64,000 nt of DNA from Podarcis liolepis (lineage: Eukaryota): the NCBI GenBank assembly GCA_965112155.1, contig OZ218109.1; one strand, 5' to 3'. The stretch's first letter is position 1. The number at the start of each line of letters is the position of its first letter. The notes beneath the pieces are model-generated. The model ran no database searches, was not told where the DNA came from, and saw only the letters and a list, made by a program, of their open reading frames with translations. The translations under genes were made by a program, and so were the position numbers. Below are positions 39,001 to 52,101 of the stretch, in pieces.

Positions 39001-39250
39001 CAGTGGTACCTTGGTTTATGAACTTAATCTGTTCTGGAAGTCTGTTCTTAAACCAAAATGTTCTTATACCAAGGTGTGCTTTCCCATAGCAGCGGGGACT
39101 CAATTTACAAATGAAACACACTCAACCGGAAGAAGAACATGTTCTGCTTCCAAGGCAAAGTTCACAACCAAAACACCTCCTTCTGGATTTGCAGCACTCT
39201 TAATCCAAGTTGTTCATAAACTAAGCTGTTCTTAAACCAAGGTACTACTG
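39001..39250. mobile_element. Tc1/mariner (Tigger-like) MITE
   Basis: TIRs CAGTGGTACCTTGGTTTA / TAAACCAAGGTACTACTG. The flanks read TG and CA instead of TA. Confidence 0.8.
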
Positions 39251-39362
39251 CATATATATAATCTCAAAGCAAAAAAATCTGTAATAGACTCTCACACAGA
39301 AGTGAAAAGAACTGGATTGTGTGAATCATCTCTGTATAATGCTACGTTTGGGGAGTCTTTAA

Positions 39363-39548
<186 letters not shown>

Positions 39549-40057
39549 TGATTTGCATTGCTTTGTAGAAACAAATAAGATACTTTAGGCGGGTAAGAGC
39601 TGAAATGTGAAATCTTATGTTCTACCGGCCACCTTGGGACTGAACTGCTAGTAGAGGGGAAAATGGACCTGGGTGCTAAAAGACTAGCTGCTTACCACTT
39701 TAACTATGAAAACAGATTTATTTTTGCTAAATTATTCTAACTTGAGAACTTTTACCTGCCTGTTCAGAACTGGACTCATTCACATACACTCCTATATAAT
39801 GGAACTAGAATACATGATACATGACTGATACTTCAGGAAATACTATGGAGGATCCTTCTGAATGAACGATTGTAAATTACTCTGCACAATTAAAATGCTA
39901 TATAAATTATGCTTAATAGCAGTAGCTCTGGGGGATGAGGGAGAAAAATATAGAGAAGTGCCAGATGTAAACTGGAGAGGGCCAGGTGACTTGCCTTACT
40001 CAAAGTAAATAAATTTTGAAACAAGCTGCTCATAACTTAGCATTTTCTTCCCTCCAG

Positions 40058-40201
40058 ACAGTAAAGCATTTAAGGACACTAGAATTTAAACCGTTTGTCA
40101 TCTTTATAAAACCTCCTTCAATTGAGCGTTTGCGAGAAACGAGAAAAAATGCCAAGATAATTTCAAGCAAGGATGAAAAAGGTGCTGCCAAGCCTTTTCA
40201 A
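40058..40201 (+). CDS. MPP7: MPP7 coding exon (GUK), [48 protein letters not shown]
   Basis: Acceptor ccctccag, donor CAA|gtaagt. 144 nt, phase 0/0. Confidence 0.97.
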
Positions 40202-40471
40202 GTAAGTAACTTCTGCGTTCCTGCAAATATGACAAGGTGCCAGGGGGGCTGTGTCTGTCAGTGAAGGTGACTACACACCCTTGTTCACAGTGCACATAAT
40301 ATTTTTTCAGCATAACTTTTTTTTTTAAGTATTGGAAACAGAATCAGAGAGGCCGAACCACCACCACCACCTCCCTCTCTCTTCTCCCTTCATTTCATGT
40401 TCTTATTGCCTGTCCTTTAGGCAGTGACAGAAACAGTGTCACACCTAACATGTTAGGGATGGAGGCAGTTA

Positions 40472-40645
40472 CTGTATTTTTCCGTGTATAAGACTAGATT
40501 TTTTTTTAACCCAAAAAAAAAAAAGGTTTAAAATTGGATCTCATCTTATAAACGGGTAGTGCTAAGGGGTGTTTTCTTAATTTGGAGTCCCCCCTAAATA
40601 GGGGTGTCTTATACATGGGGGTGTCTTATACACAGGAAAATACGA
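40472..40645. mobile_element. Tc1/mariner (Tc2-like) MITE
   Basis: TA|CTGTATTTTTCCGTGTATAAGAC...GTCTTATACACAGGAAAATACGA|TA. Related to the element at 58773. Confidence 0.75.
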
Positions 40646-41868
40646 TATGTCCCCTCCCACATTCTTTTCAGCTGCCACTGCAAGATGAGTGAGTCACAAG
40701 TCTGGCCAATTATAATTGTATCAGGTTTCTGTAGATTTAGCTCTAGTTTCACTCCAGATATGCACCTAAACTATAGGAATAAGTATGGGTGACAAGGAAA
40801 GGCAAAGGTGGTTTAATAAATGTATTGATGCACAGGCTCCGTGTCCGGCAATATCATGTGAACGCAAGCAAGAATGTCTCTCAGGATTGAATCCTGTGGA
40901 GGTTGTTGGAAAGGAGTATGTGTAACAGTGTAAATGCCTAGCAAGGATGCAAACTGTGGATATTGTCAGTTTGTTTCTGACAAAATTGTTGTAAATGTTG
41001 TTTTTTTAAAAAAAATACATGAATTTGGAATAATCAGGCTAGTGAGACTTCACAAGACTATTAAATAGATAAATAGTTTCTTAATTTGTAAAAGTATAAC
41101 ACAGTCCTGGGTACATGCTCTTCTTAGGATTTTCTGTCTTAATTTTATGTAGTTACATTCTATGTTTCCAAAAACATGAGCAAAAACCTACTGAATGAGC
41201 CCTAGTAAGACCCAGGAATCTGAAAGGAACGATTCTTTTGGATTTTTACCAAACTTTCAAAAATACAGACTGTGTTCTAGTAAATCCCTTGCTAATAGCA
41301 GGCAGAGTCTTAGGTAATGTAGTTGGTCAGTACATCATTAAAGTAAATAGCTTAAAAACATTTTTCCAGTGCTTTTTCTAGCATAGAGGCATTTCTTTAA
41401 TTATCAGTTAGTGACTAATAATGCTGATATGCGGATGAAGAGGAAGGATTTGTAAATTGCAAAATAGAGTTTTTAAAACAATAACAAAATAGTTTGAAAT
41501 GAAGATTTGTGTGAATTTTGTAATAAAGAACATATAATTTTATTCACTGTTTTATGAACAATTAGCTAAGCATAGGCTTTGATCCAAAATCCTGGTATGT
41601 TAGCATGTCTACTTATGCAGGAGGGGCACAGATCCACACCCACACACACCCCAGTGGCTGCTGAGGGTCAGGGGACTCTTCAGAATAGTTTTGCGGGGGG
41701 ATTCAGGAAATTGGCAGCTTCCCCCCGCACAAATGGAAATGCCTTCTACTCACACAGCAAGATCCTTGGAAGCAGGCCATAAAACCTGATTCCTTGTTAA
41801 CTCTGAGTTCGGCAGATTTGTAACTTGTTTTGCTTTTCCTTTTGAATGACTACTTCTCTTTCTTTTAG

Positions 41869-42048
41869 GAGGAAGACTTTCAAGAAATGCTTAAATCAGC
41901 ACAAATTATGGAAAGCCAATACAGCCACCTTTTTGACAAAGTTATAGTAAATGATGATCTTACTACAGCTTACAATGAGTTGAAAACAACCTTTGACAGA
42001 CTGGAGCGAGACACCTTTTGGGTTCCAGTCAGTTGGGTGCATTCATAA
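41869..42048 (+). CDS. MPP7: MPP7 last coding exon, [59 protein letters not shown]
   Basis: Acceptor ttcttttag, stop TAA at 42046-42048. C-terminal WVPVSW MAGUK motif. The 14 canonical exons sum to 524 aa in one frame. Confidence 0.98.
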   Translation, partial: EEDFQEMLKSAQIMESQYSHLFDKVIVNDDLTTAYNELKTTFDRLERDTFWVPVSWVHS

Positions 42049-43611
42049 CACTAAACAAATAAAATGTTTCATAATATTTTAATAAGGTACTCAGTTGGAT
42101 CTAAATGGACATTTTGTTGGTGGGAAGCTTTTCGAGCTTTGGCAAACTGGTGCATTTACAAACTTGGTGCAGTGGAATGTTGATCTTATTTTTCTGTGTG
42201 TAAACCTTCCTGTTTGGAATAGGGGTTCGGAGGCAGAATATCACAGTGAAGCCTTATTTTTTAACAGATTCAATTTTACTGGTTTTTGAAGTGAATCTTC
42301 AGCTATTACGATACCACATTTCATCAATCCAGTATAAGCTGAGCATTTATATTAAAAAGTCTTAAGGTCTGATATCAGTGTTGAAGTGGCTTCCAATTTT
42401 GCTACTTCCAGACCTGGATAATAGTTAGCACTTTAAATTTTTAAAACTGGGGATGCAAAAGTGGCTACTACTTCTTTAACTAAAATACAAATATTTGAAC
42501 TTGCTTACGCTCAATCCAAATTTTGTGTGTGTGCTGAGTATTGTCTTCCACATCCAGACTGACTTTTACCACAACAGCAAATTTTATTTATGTTGGTGGA
42601 AAAACTTTCTTGGATCTTTTCAATAAGCAATAATATTGCTCTGCATCTTGAGTATTTGTAGATTACCCTTGGGGAGTATTCAAAGCAGTGCATCAAAGCT
42701 TAGATTGGGGTAATTCTAACAAAGATAACAGGGTGGAGGGTTAGTCTTTGGGAAAGAGGCAGTTGGGTAAATGGATTTTATTTATATAAGTGCTTCATTG
42801 TTTTAATTATAAACCTTTCTAAAACAGGCTTTGAGAAAACCCAGAACCTATTTTTTTATTTGAAAATTTGTAATTAAAACTAGTGGATCATTCTCATTTT
42901 ACACTGACCCAGAGCTGTGTTTTCTGGAATGAAGAAAGTATTTTTTTTGCTTCTTCTTGATTTCCTCTTGACACAAAGTTTATTAGTAGATGAAAAGAGA
43001 AATACTTGTTGTGTTCAAGCGAATTTGCCTTTCCAATTTATACGTGACACTGATGTATCAGAGGCTTAGTATGCAAACAGGAAGTCTAGTTATTTTATGT
43101 TAATGTATAAAAGGGTTAGCTGTCTTATTTAAAGGCAAAAGAATTTAGTGAGACTATATATATTTATGAAAAGGGGTGAGAAGGGATATATTAATTTTTT
43201 GCATTTCTTGTCAATGTGATCATTTATTAAACAGATCCCTAGGTGTCTGTGATTTGAAACACTGGCTTTATAAACTAAACATTCCATGTAAATGTTTTAG
43301 TTTCGATACAGATAAACCACCAGGTCTTTGCAAATGTAGTCTAAATAGATGGTTGGTTTTTTGGTTCATTGCATTCATGTTTTAAAATTGTGTAATACAA
43401 GGGAAGTGCCAACAACCAAAATATCGTCTTTTGGAAACATTTGTGCTAGAGTGACGCATGTAGCCTGGCCCTGAACATCCATCATGTAATGTTGAGTGTC
43501 TCAGGTTTTACTGTTTTTGGTGATCTATGGTTGTACTTCAGCACCAATTAATTGCATGAAAAATACTGAACTGGATCCCCTCCCTCCCGGCTGTGTTTCA
43601 GTACTGCTTTA

Positions 43612-43617
43612 AATAAA
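43612..43617 (+). terminator. Candidate intermediate polyadenylation signal AATAAA
   Basis: AATAAA followed by GU-rich tgtggttgtttgtttgtttgg. Confidence 0.4.
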
Positions 43618-44478
43618 TCACTGTGGTTGTTTGTTTGTTTGGCAGGCATTATGTGTCTTTGACATTCAGTGCGTACTGCAAGAGCCAGTGCCAAGAATGC
43701 TGGGTATCTGTCAATATCTACATTTTGTATATGAGAGGATCAAAACACTTGTTTAGAAATACATTTGTCCTGTTTGTCAGCTATAGTTTGTGAGTCTATT
43801 CTTACCATATATTTTTCTTGAAAACAAGGGAAAATTGGGCATATGGGTTTCAAATGTTGTGACATCCCAGAATGCTGTTTGAGAGGAAACTCTCTCCCTT
43901 TCATCCTGATTGTCGCTCCAAAGACAGCATTTCGGCACTGTGCTCTTACTGGCAATAATTGAGACTATTAATCTTTGTAAGCTTCCCATGTTCTTTTTGT
44001 CAAGAGAGAATTTACTATCATTTGAGTTTACTAGCTTTGAAGCAGCAACTGAGTCTGCAGTGACCTTGGACACCTTTGTTTTAATAAGAGCATGATCCAA
44101 AAAGCTCTGGAGCTTTGCATAAGTAGGAGTTGCCTGTCCTCTCCAATGCTGCGGCATGTTCTATGTGTGCACACTGAAACTGTGTGGAGCCTTGGATCAT
44201 ACACATAGCATGGGTATATAGTTCAGAAAAACTTAAGTCAATTTTTGGCTCAAAGTGAAACTGACTTTTTTCAGCCTTTTAAAATTGTACTGCATGGGTT
44301 TGAGTACAATGGTTTTATGGTTTTAAACATAAATATCCTTATTGTATTTTTGCTGTTTTGTCATTGTAAAGCAAATGTTAAAAGTTTTTATACTATTGGA
44401 TTCAGAGCAATACTTGAAGTTGTCATCAGTTCACTTACAGATGATGTGCCTGAATTGCAACTTTATCAATCTTAAATC

Positions 44479-44484
44479 AATAAA
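44479..44484 (+). terminator. Candidate distal polyadenylation signal AATAAA
   Basis: AATAAA with upstream TGTA motifs (about 44286-44368) and downstream GU/U-rich sequence. Repeat-rich DNA resumes further downstream. Confidence 0.55.
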
Positions 44485-46333
44485 TTATTGACAAAATGTA
44501 CTGTGGGAAAGCTTCTTTTTTTAAAATAAGGAACTCAAATCTATCATCTTAAAAAAAATTAAATTGTGCTTACAATATCTGTTACCATTATCACATTCAA
44601 ATAAGTAGCATAACTGAACGAACCAACTTAAAGAGCTAACTTAAGCCATGATTTTGCTGTAGAAAACAATTATTTTGTTGAAGCATACTAGTCAATGCAG
44701 CAGAGCCATTTCTGAAATGCCTGGGGCCTGTAGCCCAGTATATGTTTTTATGTTTAGGACCCAAATATTTAACTTGTCCAGAGATTTAAGATTTTCTTCT
44801 TTGTCCTGTAATTGCCCGCATCTGCACACAGAGCAAATATAAAGAATACAAATGACCCCTAATTCAGATGTGACTGTGTAAACAAATTGCACAAGATTCT
44901 GTCCTCATTTTACAAGTGAGGACAAAATATAATGACAAAATAAAAGCAACATATTACAACATGTGAGTTTAACAGCAAACCAGCAAGTTTCTCCTTGCAT
45001 AGTGCATATTCTGGGGAGCTTTTCATAATAATGGTGTCACCACACACCCTATGATGGCATATTCACAATCAGCTCTAAACATCTGAACCTTAGAAGCCTT
45101 CACTTGATTTAGAGTAGACTTTCCTTCTGGAAAACCTCTAGGGGTTTAAAGATGAACCCTAAAGTCCATTTTTTCTCTTACCACTTCCTGAAAGCCCACA
45201 GCTTGTATTGCATGCATTGGATTCATGCGCCATTGGTGCAGAGTATTTCTCCTTGTTGCATGCTACTGTGCTGTGGATAATTTGAATTGCATACTTGAAT
45301 AAGTTGATTAATCAGCTAAAGATAGAAAAAATAAAGGCAGATTTTCATAATTAAGGCAGCAATGTCTATGTTCTAATGTGTCACAGCAAAAGGAGGGAAA
45401 GTAGCCTTTTTACAATGGGAGAGAGTCTTGAAATTAATTGAAAATCTTTGAATAAGTTTTCCTTTACAATAAGGTGTCTAGAGATTCTAGAATAGGTGAC
45501 AGTTTTGTGATTTCTTTTTAAAAACAAGAACAACAATTTTTATTGGTTTTTAAACAAATACAATAATTATTTCTATCATCCTAGAAGGGGACACAAAATG
45601 TATTTGGATAACAGACTAAAACTGGGTATATGTTGATAATATGTTGATCACATTTTCTTGTTAAAGTGCTTAGTTAAGTCAGCATGCTGACTTCTTAGGA
45701 TGGATTTACTGAGCTAATCCACATACGTTTTTTTTTAAAATTTGCGACATAGAAACAAAACTTTTACTATGTCACAATGACTCCAACTTAACAAGTGTGT
45801 TACTTCAAGTAAATACTTTACTGCTTAGTCAATTGCATGCATGTGGGCACCCACAAAACTTTTTTCCAACTGCAGTTAGGACTGTAGATATTTTAGTTTC
45901 CTTGGAAAAGCATGCCTACAAGAGTTCCTTTCTTGCCTAATTGAATGAGTATAGCATTTTCCTGTGCAGTGTAGCAGTGAAGTTATAGGTGGAGAAAGAT
46001 ATATGTTCTACACAAGTGGAACATTCACACATCTCAGGAAGCTTAGAACTGTGTATTTCCAAACACTGCCTTTCCTTATGTTGCTGGAGCTGGGAGTCTG
46101 ATGGAACCCAGGTTGCAAAACATCTTTACAAACTCAGGTTAAGATTTTACCCCCCACCCCACCCAAGAGATTAATGCAATTGTTCAACTAAAAAGGTTTC
46201 TTTGCCCACTTGGTAATACTTTATGTAGGCCAGATACAAAGGAATGTGAACCTGCCAAGAATTGAAATTCTTTTGCCTGTGTGACAGCCAAACTACCAGC
46301 ATGCTCATTTTTACTCACACAAAAGGGATAAAG

Positions 46334-46509
46334 TAAAAAAATTCCTTCCAGTAGCACCTTAAAGACCAACTTCAGATACCTGAAGAATATCGTGTGCATG
46401 CACACGAAAGCTCATACCAAGAACTAACTTAGTTGGTCTTTAAGGTGCTACTGGAAGGAATTTTTTTATTTTGACTATGGCAGACCAACACGGCTACCTA
46501 TCTCTAACT
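46334..46509. mobile_element. Penelope-like element terminus with inverted repeat and hammerhead-like core
   Basis: 38-bp perfect inverted repeat (46334-46371 / 46431-46468). 13-bp TSD AAAAGGGATAAAG (46321-46333 and 46510-46522). CTGAAGA...GAAA core between the arms. Confidence 0.75.
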
Positions 46510-46756
46510 AAAAGGGATAAAGGACTCCAAGAGGCACCAAATTATCTTTTATTTTCCTGCCCAGGTTGAGCTGGTCTGACGTGACTAAGAAATAGATGAT
46601 AGTGTTAACACCATATTCATGAGAACTAGTATCTTCAGAGATGCCCTGGAATCTTCGGATGAATATATAAATTTAATAAATAATAACAACAATAATGTTA
46701 TTAGTATGAGACTACTTATATCATGAAACTCACTGGGTGACCTTTAGCCATTATTA

Positions 46757-46874
46757 GGTAAGGTAAAAAAAAAAAAAGGTAAAGGACCCCTGTACGGTTA
46801 AGTCCAGTCAAAGGAGACTGGACCCCAGAGTTGTCCATGACTAGACCTAACGGTCAGAGGTCCCTTTACTTTTA
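46757..46874. mobile_element. Two inverted Bov-B/Sauria-SINE 3' tail fragments
   Basis: A reverse tail (aaaggtaaaggacccctg...gtccagtc) abuts a forward tail (ccccagagttgtccatgactagacc...gtccctttac) that matches the end of the SINE at 15963. Confidence 0.7.
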
Positions 46875-48621
46875 AGGGGAGTGAAAGGTGGGATATCAAG
46901 TTCAAACTCCTCCTCTTTTTCTTCTTCTACAATATGAGGAAGAGCCTTATATACTGCCACGAGGGACTTGGAGAGGGGCCAAGGCATAAATCTTATAAGC
47001 AAATGACTTTCAGATCCACTTCTGACATCTAATTCAGAGAGATGGTTGTTCCTGGCTGCTTTGGAAGACCTTGAAAGTGCAGATAAACCATTCTGCCAGT
47101 AGAGGATGATGCAGCCAAATCAAATTCTGTGTGTGTTCATATTTAACTGCTTTATAGGTATCTCTAACACCCACATGGCTTAGTGTGGTGTGTGTGGTAA
47201 TAACATATGGGGGGGGGCAAGGGAAGACAAAGCAGGCCAGGCTGATTTTACGGGCTTTCCCACCCATGCTTTCAAATAAAACATATAATTTTTCTTCCTT
47301 TTTTAAAATATTACTTCTCCTACTATATCTCTCAATTTGTTTGCTTAGTACTAACACTTCTCTAAACCCAGCCCTTTATTGTATTCTAGTTTAAAAACCA
47401 CCTGGATATTCTTATTCTTTGTTAAATTCCCCCCTAAGCCTCTTTTATATGCTTGTCTGATGTATAAGACAGGCTCCTGCGACATGAAAGCTTCAGAACT
47501 CTTGTGCAGCTGGCAAGTTTTTCATTCTTATTTTTTTTAAAAAGTGCAGTTCTTCTATATAAGTGTAGATATTAACTCTGAGTAAAATGGCCGTTGTCCT
47601 AAATGTTAGCAATCTGCTTTTTTCAAATGTGGCATTAACAGTTTCAGTGGCATGCTTACACCTGTAAGCTTGTTATATCACACCTTGTTATATTGAAGAA
47701 CAGCAGAGTGTAGCAGACACATGTAGGCATAAGACGGGAGAAAGAACGTGAAGGTGGCCTTGTAAATCTTTGGTATTGGAGTGTGGTGTGATAGCTTCAA
47801 AGAACAGCAGATGAAAAGATCATCAGGTGTTCTTTAGATATTTATGTCAAAATTTTATACTGGATTCTTTAAAATGTGAAACCCTTAAAACACACAGTTA
47901 TGGCTAGCAAATGTTAAGAAAGGAAAACTCTTCTTTAAGATATCAAACTTCAGCTGAGACCAATATTTTTTCCTTCCTGAACACTGGTGGCTTTTCCCAC
48001 TCTTGGCGTTGCAAATGACGAGAAGGCTTTAATCTGGGAAACTAACTGCTGAAAACTGACATCTTCTTCAGGCTGGTGCTTTTATTACAGTGGTTTATTC
48101 TGCAACATGTTCTTAACACAATAATCTGCTTCAGTTTGGGCTCACCCACACTTCCACTTGCCGTGTGATTTCTAGGCGCAGGTCTGAGACGTTTTTCTTT
48201 TGTCCCATTACTTTCCTTGAGAAAACCCACTGTTTACTGCTAAATTGGAGCAAATGTCAATCTGCAGAAAACCCAATTGATATTTGTTCCAACTCAGCAG
48301 TATACAAGACAGAGAAAGCAGCAAGACAAAAGAGAGGGGGGAAACACGCTTGAACCCATACCTAGAAATCACAGGACAAATGTGGACGAGCCCTTTGTTT
48401 TGTGATGTTTCCCCAATGCTACCGCATTATTGCTCTCTTGAAGGGCTATAGTTCAAAGAAAGCAGGGCAAAACTAAATGAGAGCATTTGTGGTGTTAAAA
48501 AGTGATGGGCTTTCAGCAGGAAGTTCTGGGATATGCACTGTTTGGAAGGGAAGCAATGTGCCTGCCCCAAAACTTGCAGACATAAACAGAATTGGAAGCA
48601 GGCTCTACCTGTGACCATCCC

Positions 48622-48622
<1 letters not shown>

Positions 48623-48669
<47 letters not shown>
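48623..48669. repeat. (AAT)n microsatellite
   Basis: Read directly from the sequence. Confidence 0.95.
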
Positions 48670-49983
48670 TTTTATTTATACCCCGCCCTCCCCAACCAAG
48701 GCCGGGCTCAATAGCATCAAATCATCATGAATCTGCAATAAACAGAATATATGGAGAGGCCAACAGTCTCCTTTAAATGCAGGATTTCTTACCAATGGTC
48801 CCTCCCTAGGAGGGAGAGAGGAAGGAGGTGCATCCCCACTTATCTTTTCTTCCTTCTCCTGAGGTAGCTTTCTGCTTTAAAAAGGAACACTGGCTTGATG
48901 TTACCTGTAGAAGAAGTTTGTGGCATCTAGTTTAGTCTTAAGGCTTTGTACCATACAAGTGTCTGCCAAAGTCCAAAGAGAATAAACCAACTGTCCTTCC
49001 TAGAGAGCAGTTGCCTCTGATGGAGTTAAAGGACAGTGAGAAGAACCATTTCCTATCCCACATCCTGGTCCTAATGCAAGATGGCATCTCTGGCCCAGCA
49101 GTTTTGTAATGTTCCCGTAAAAAGTGAGAGGGGGGGGAGCATTTTCACAAATCTAAGAGACCACAACAAGACCATCTGACAATACTCCCAAAATAACATA
49201 GCACATGCTTTCTGAATATCCACAGCAAGGCTGACATAATTCTGGCCCAAGGCAGGCTTCTCCTCGCTGTATCAGTGTCACTGTTTAAAAATAGGTCTCT
49301 TTTGTCATCTGTGGAACTGGTGGCCAGGTTGAGTCATGATTGATGTCACCAGAAAGAACACTCTGAGCCTGCAAAACTGACAGCAGGCTCCTCTGAACGC
49401 GGTAAGATTTACACAGCTCTTAGAAGTTGTGTCTGGATCTGCGTCTTGTTGTAAATCCTAAAAGCTACTTTGTGGACGAGGGACAATATGCTGTCAGAAC
49501 AGGAAGGCACGCTTCATCCAGAGTAGAATTGCAAATGTCCAGGCTCCTTTTGAACAAAGCATTAAAATAGATATTTCCTCCATATTCGCAGACATTTTCT
49601 ATTTTGAAGGTAAGGCTGGCTACTTATGCGTGACCAAAAAAGTAGAAGGAAAACATCTCTGCATAAAAATGCCAATGGATGTGTGTAATTGCAGATTTTG
49701 AAAGAATTGGTAGAATTTACATACCATTTTCTATACCACACATCTCGCCATAGTGAGGAAGACTGGGGCCAGTTGGCCTTGTGTGCCTACTCAGTCTGGC
49801 ACCTCAAGGCCCCGCTCTCTCTTCTTAAGAGTTATTTATCTTCAAAGTGGTCATAGACTGGGAATCCCTGCAAACGGTGGGTTCCTTCAAACAGCAGAAT
49901 GTCCTCTGATAGCCCTTCAAATAGAGGAATGCCCTTTGTAAAATAGGAGGCATGGTCATCCTATTCAAAGGTAGAATTATATA

Positions 49984-50280
49984 CAGTGGTACCTCGCAAG
50001 ACGAATGCCTCGCAAGACGAAAAACGCACAAGACGAAAGAGTTTTCCGTTTTTTGAGTCGTTCCGCAAGACGAATTTCCCTACGGGCTTGCTTCGCAAGA
50101 CGAAACGTCTTGCGAGTTCTTGCGAGTTTGTTTCCTTTTTCTTAAAGCCACTAAGCTGTTAATAGCCGCTAAGCCGTTAATAGCCGCTAAGCCACTAATA
50201 GCTGTGCTTCGCAAGACGAAAAAACCGCAAGTCAAAGAGACTCGCGGAACGGATTAATTTCGTCTTGCGAGGCACCACTG
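49984..50280. mobile_element. Young Tc1/mariner (Tigger-like) MITE
   Basis: TA|CAGTGGTACCTCGCAAGACGAA...TTCGTCTTGCGAGGCACCACTG|TA (21 of 22 TIR match). Repeated CGCAAGACGAA subterminal motifs and internal taatagccgctaagcc repeats. CpG-rich. Confidence 0.92.
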
Positions 50281-50649
50281 TATTAGCTGACTAAAAGGGT
50301 ATCCCTTGAGCTTTTTGATGCTGCTCATTCCCTCAATTCCTATCCTCCTTACCCTTGACATAAAGTAAATCAAATGACTGTATTCTCAGGCAAATGATTA
50401 TGCACAAGATCATTTAACTGCTGGATGAATATTTCTCATAATGCAACCTTTTCTCCATAGCTCCTTAATGGAAGCATCAACATCATCGTTGGGAAATTTG
50501 ACCGGCACTGAATCCATGTATTATTACTTTTTAAAACGATTGAGAGCATTTTAAAAAAAAACATTTCACATGAGCATACAACACAGAATAAAGTGTAGAA
50601 TGTGTAGAATAGACTTGTCCCACTTCAGCCACAAGTTAGGAAATATATA

Positions 50650-50876
50650 CAGTGGTACATCGGTTATCGAACGTAATCCATTCCGGAAGACCGTTCGACT
50701 TCCGAAACATTCGAAAACTCAGGCACAATGGGCAGTTGGCAGATTCAATTAGAAAAGAGAGAAATGCGCCTTGGAAATTGAACGGTTTCCAAGGCGCATT
50801 CAAAAACGGAAGCATTTACTTTCAGGTTTTCAGCGTTCGGAAACCGAGACGTTCGGCAATGGAGACATCCGAAAAC
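50650..50876. mobile_element. Truncated Tc1/mariner MITE (left TIR only)
   Basis: TA|CAGTGGTACATCGG start, CpG-rich ttcga/ccgaa motifs. No right TIR was seen. Confidence 0.65.
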
Positions 50877-52006
50877 ATATATATATACAGTATATACACA
50901 TATATACAGTATTATCTAACACTGTATATAATATATTTAATTTCAAATATTTCCCAGGTGGCAGGCTGAGCTATAATCTTTCTCCCTGAAGGGTGAGCTG
51001 TTTCACTTGCAGGAACATTTTGTGGAGAAATATTCAAAATGCCTCCCCTCTCCTGCCCTGCCCACCACAAAATGCTGCCAGTAGTGTCACAGTCCACTCA
51101 GACGCCCTCATTCTGCTGCAGGCCTAAGCCAGCACCTCATTTTCAGAACCACCTCAGTAAGAGCGGCAGGGGGAGGAGAGACCAGGTGCTGTGGAAAAGA
51201 TGGCTTTATGTAGTAGGAGCAAGAGAAGTGAGACTGAGAGAATGGAAAATCCCAGGTGAGGAGTGGGTAAGGGTGGGATTACGCGATGGCTGCCTAAAGT
51301 CCTAGACTTCCCAGTTCCTGAAGATGTGTCTGACTGTTCTGCCATATGTTGTTATTAGTGCTACAGTCAGATGACAAAGGGCAGGTTGTGACTGAAAGTG
51401 TATTCAGAGGCACACACAGAAAGAAGAAGCCAAAAAACAGCTAATCATAAAAATGGTAAATATGTGGAACAGTTTGCCATGCACAGCTGTAATACCGCAA
51501 GCTCTCTGAGTGATGCCAAGCTTTTGAAATTAGCAAGATCCCCAACCTTCATTTGATTTGAAGATGGAAAATATTAACAAATTTATTACATTTGTTTAGC
51601 ATTCATGTTGCCTTTATTGCATGCTGAAGGTATTGCCAAGCCATTATTTATTTGATGCAGAAATAGCTTCCCATAAAGCACAAATAAACAATAAAAACCG
51701 AATAAAAAAGCAACAACAAGTACAGCACAGATACAGACTGGGATAAGAATCTACACTTACTTAACTAAGCAGTTAACTTCCTCCTGTACCACCTTCACAA
51801 ACAGATCTCTCTGTCTTTATCTGATGCAATAGGCATCAGATGTCAGGCATCAGGTGTCACGGTTTTAGATTATATTACTGTCCTCAAAACAAGAATACAT
51901 TTATGATCATGTATGAACAGGATGAACAGTTCCTTCAAATACTTGAAAAATCAGCAGGGGATGCAGGGAAATAAGAAGTAACAGCAAGAATGTTTGTGTA
52001 TATCCA

Positions 52007-52008
<2 letters not shown>

Positions 52009-52094
<86 letters not shown>
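52009..52094. repeat. Compound microsatellite (GT)19(GA)24
   Basis: Read directly from the sequence. Confidence 0.95.

Positions 52095-52101
<7 letters not shown>

Larger units (their letters stand above)
42049..44505 (+). other. MPP7: MPP7 3' UTR (approximate extent)
   Basis: U-rich sequence after the stop with no recognised interspersed repeats. AATAAA at 42058, 43612 and 44479. Several TGTA motifs precede the distal signal. The end position is inferred. Confidence 0.6.

Noticed and set aside
41866-41871. NAGNAG tandem acceptor (TAG GAG) at the last exon
   Set aside because: GAG is a very poor acceptor, and the TAG site gives the conserved EEDFQEM.
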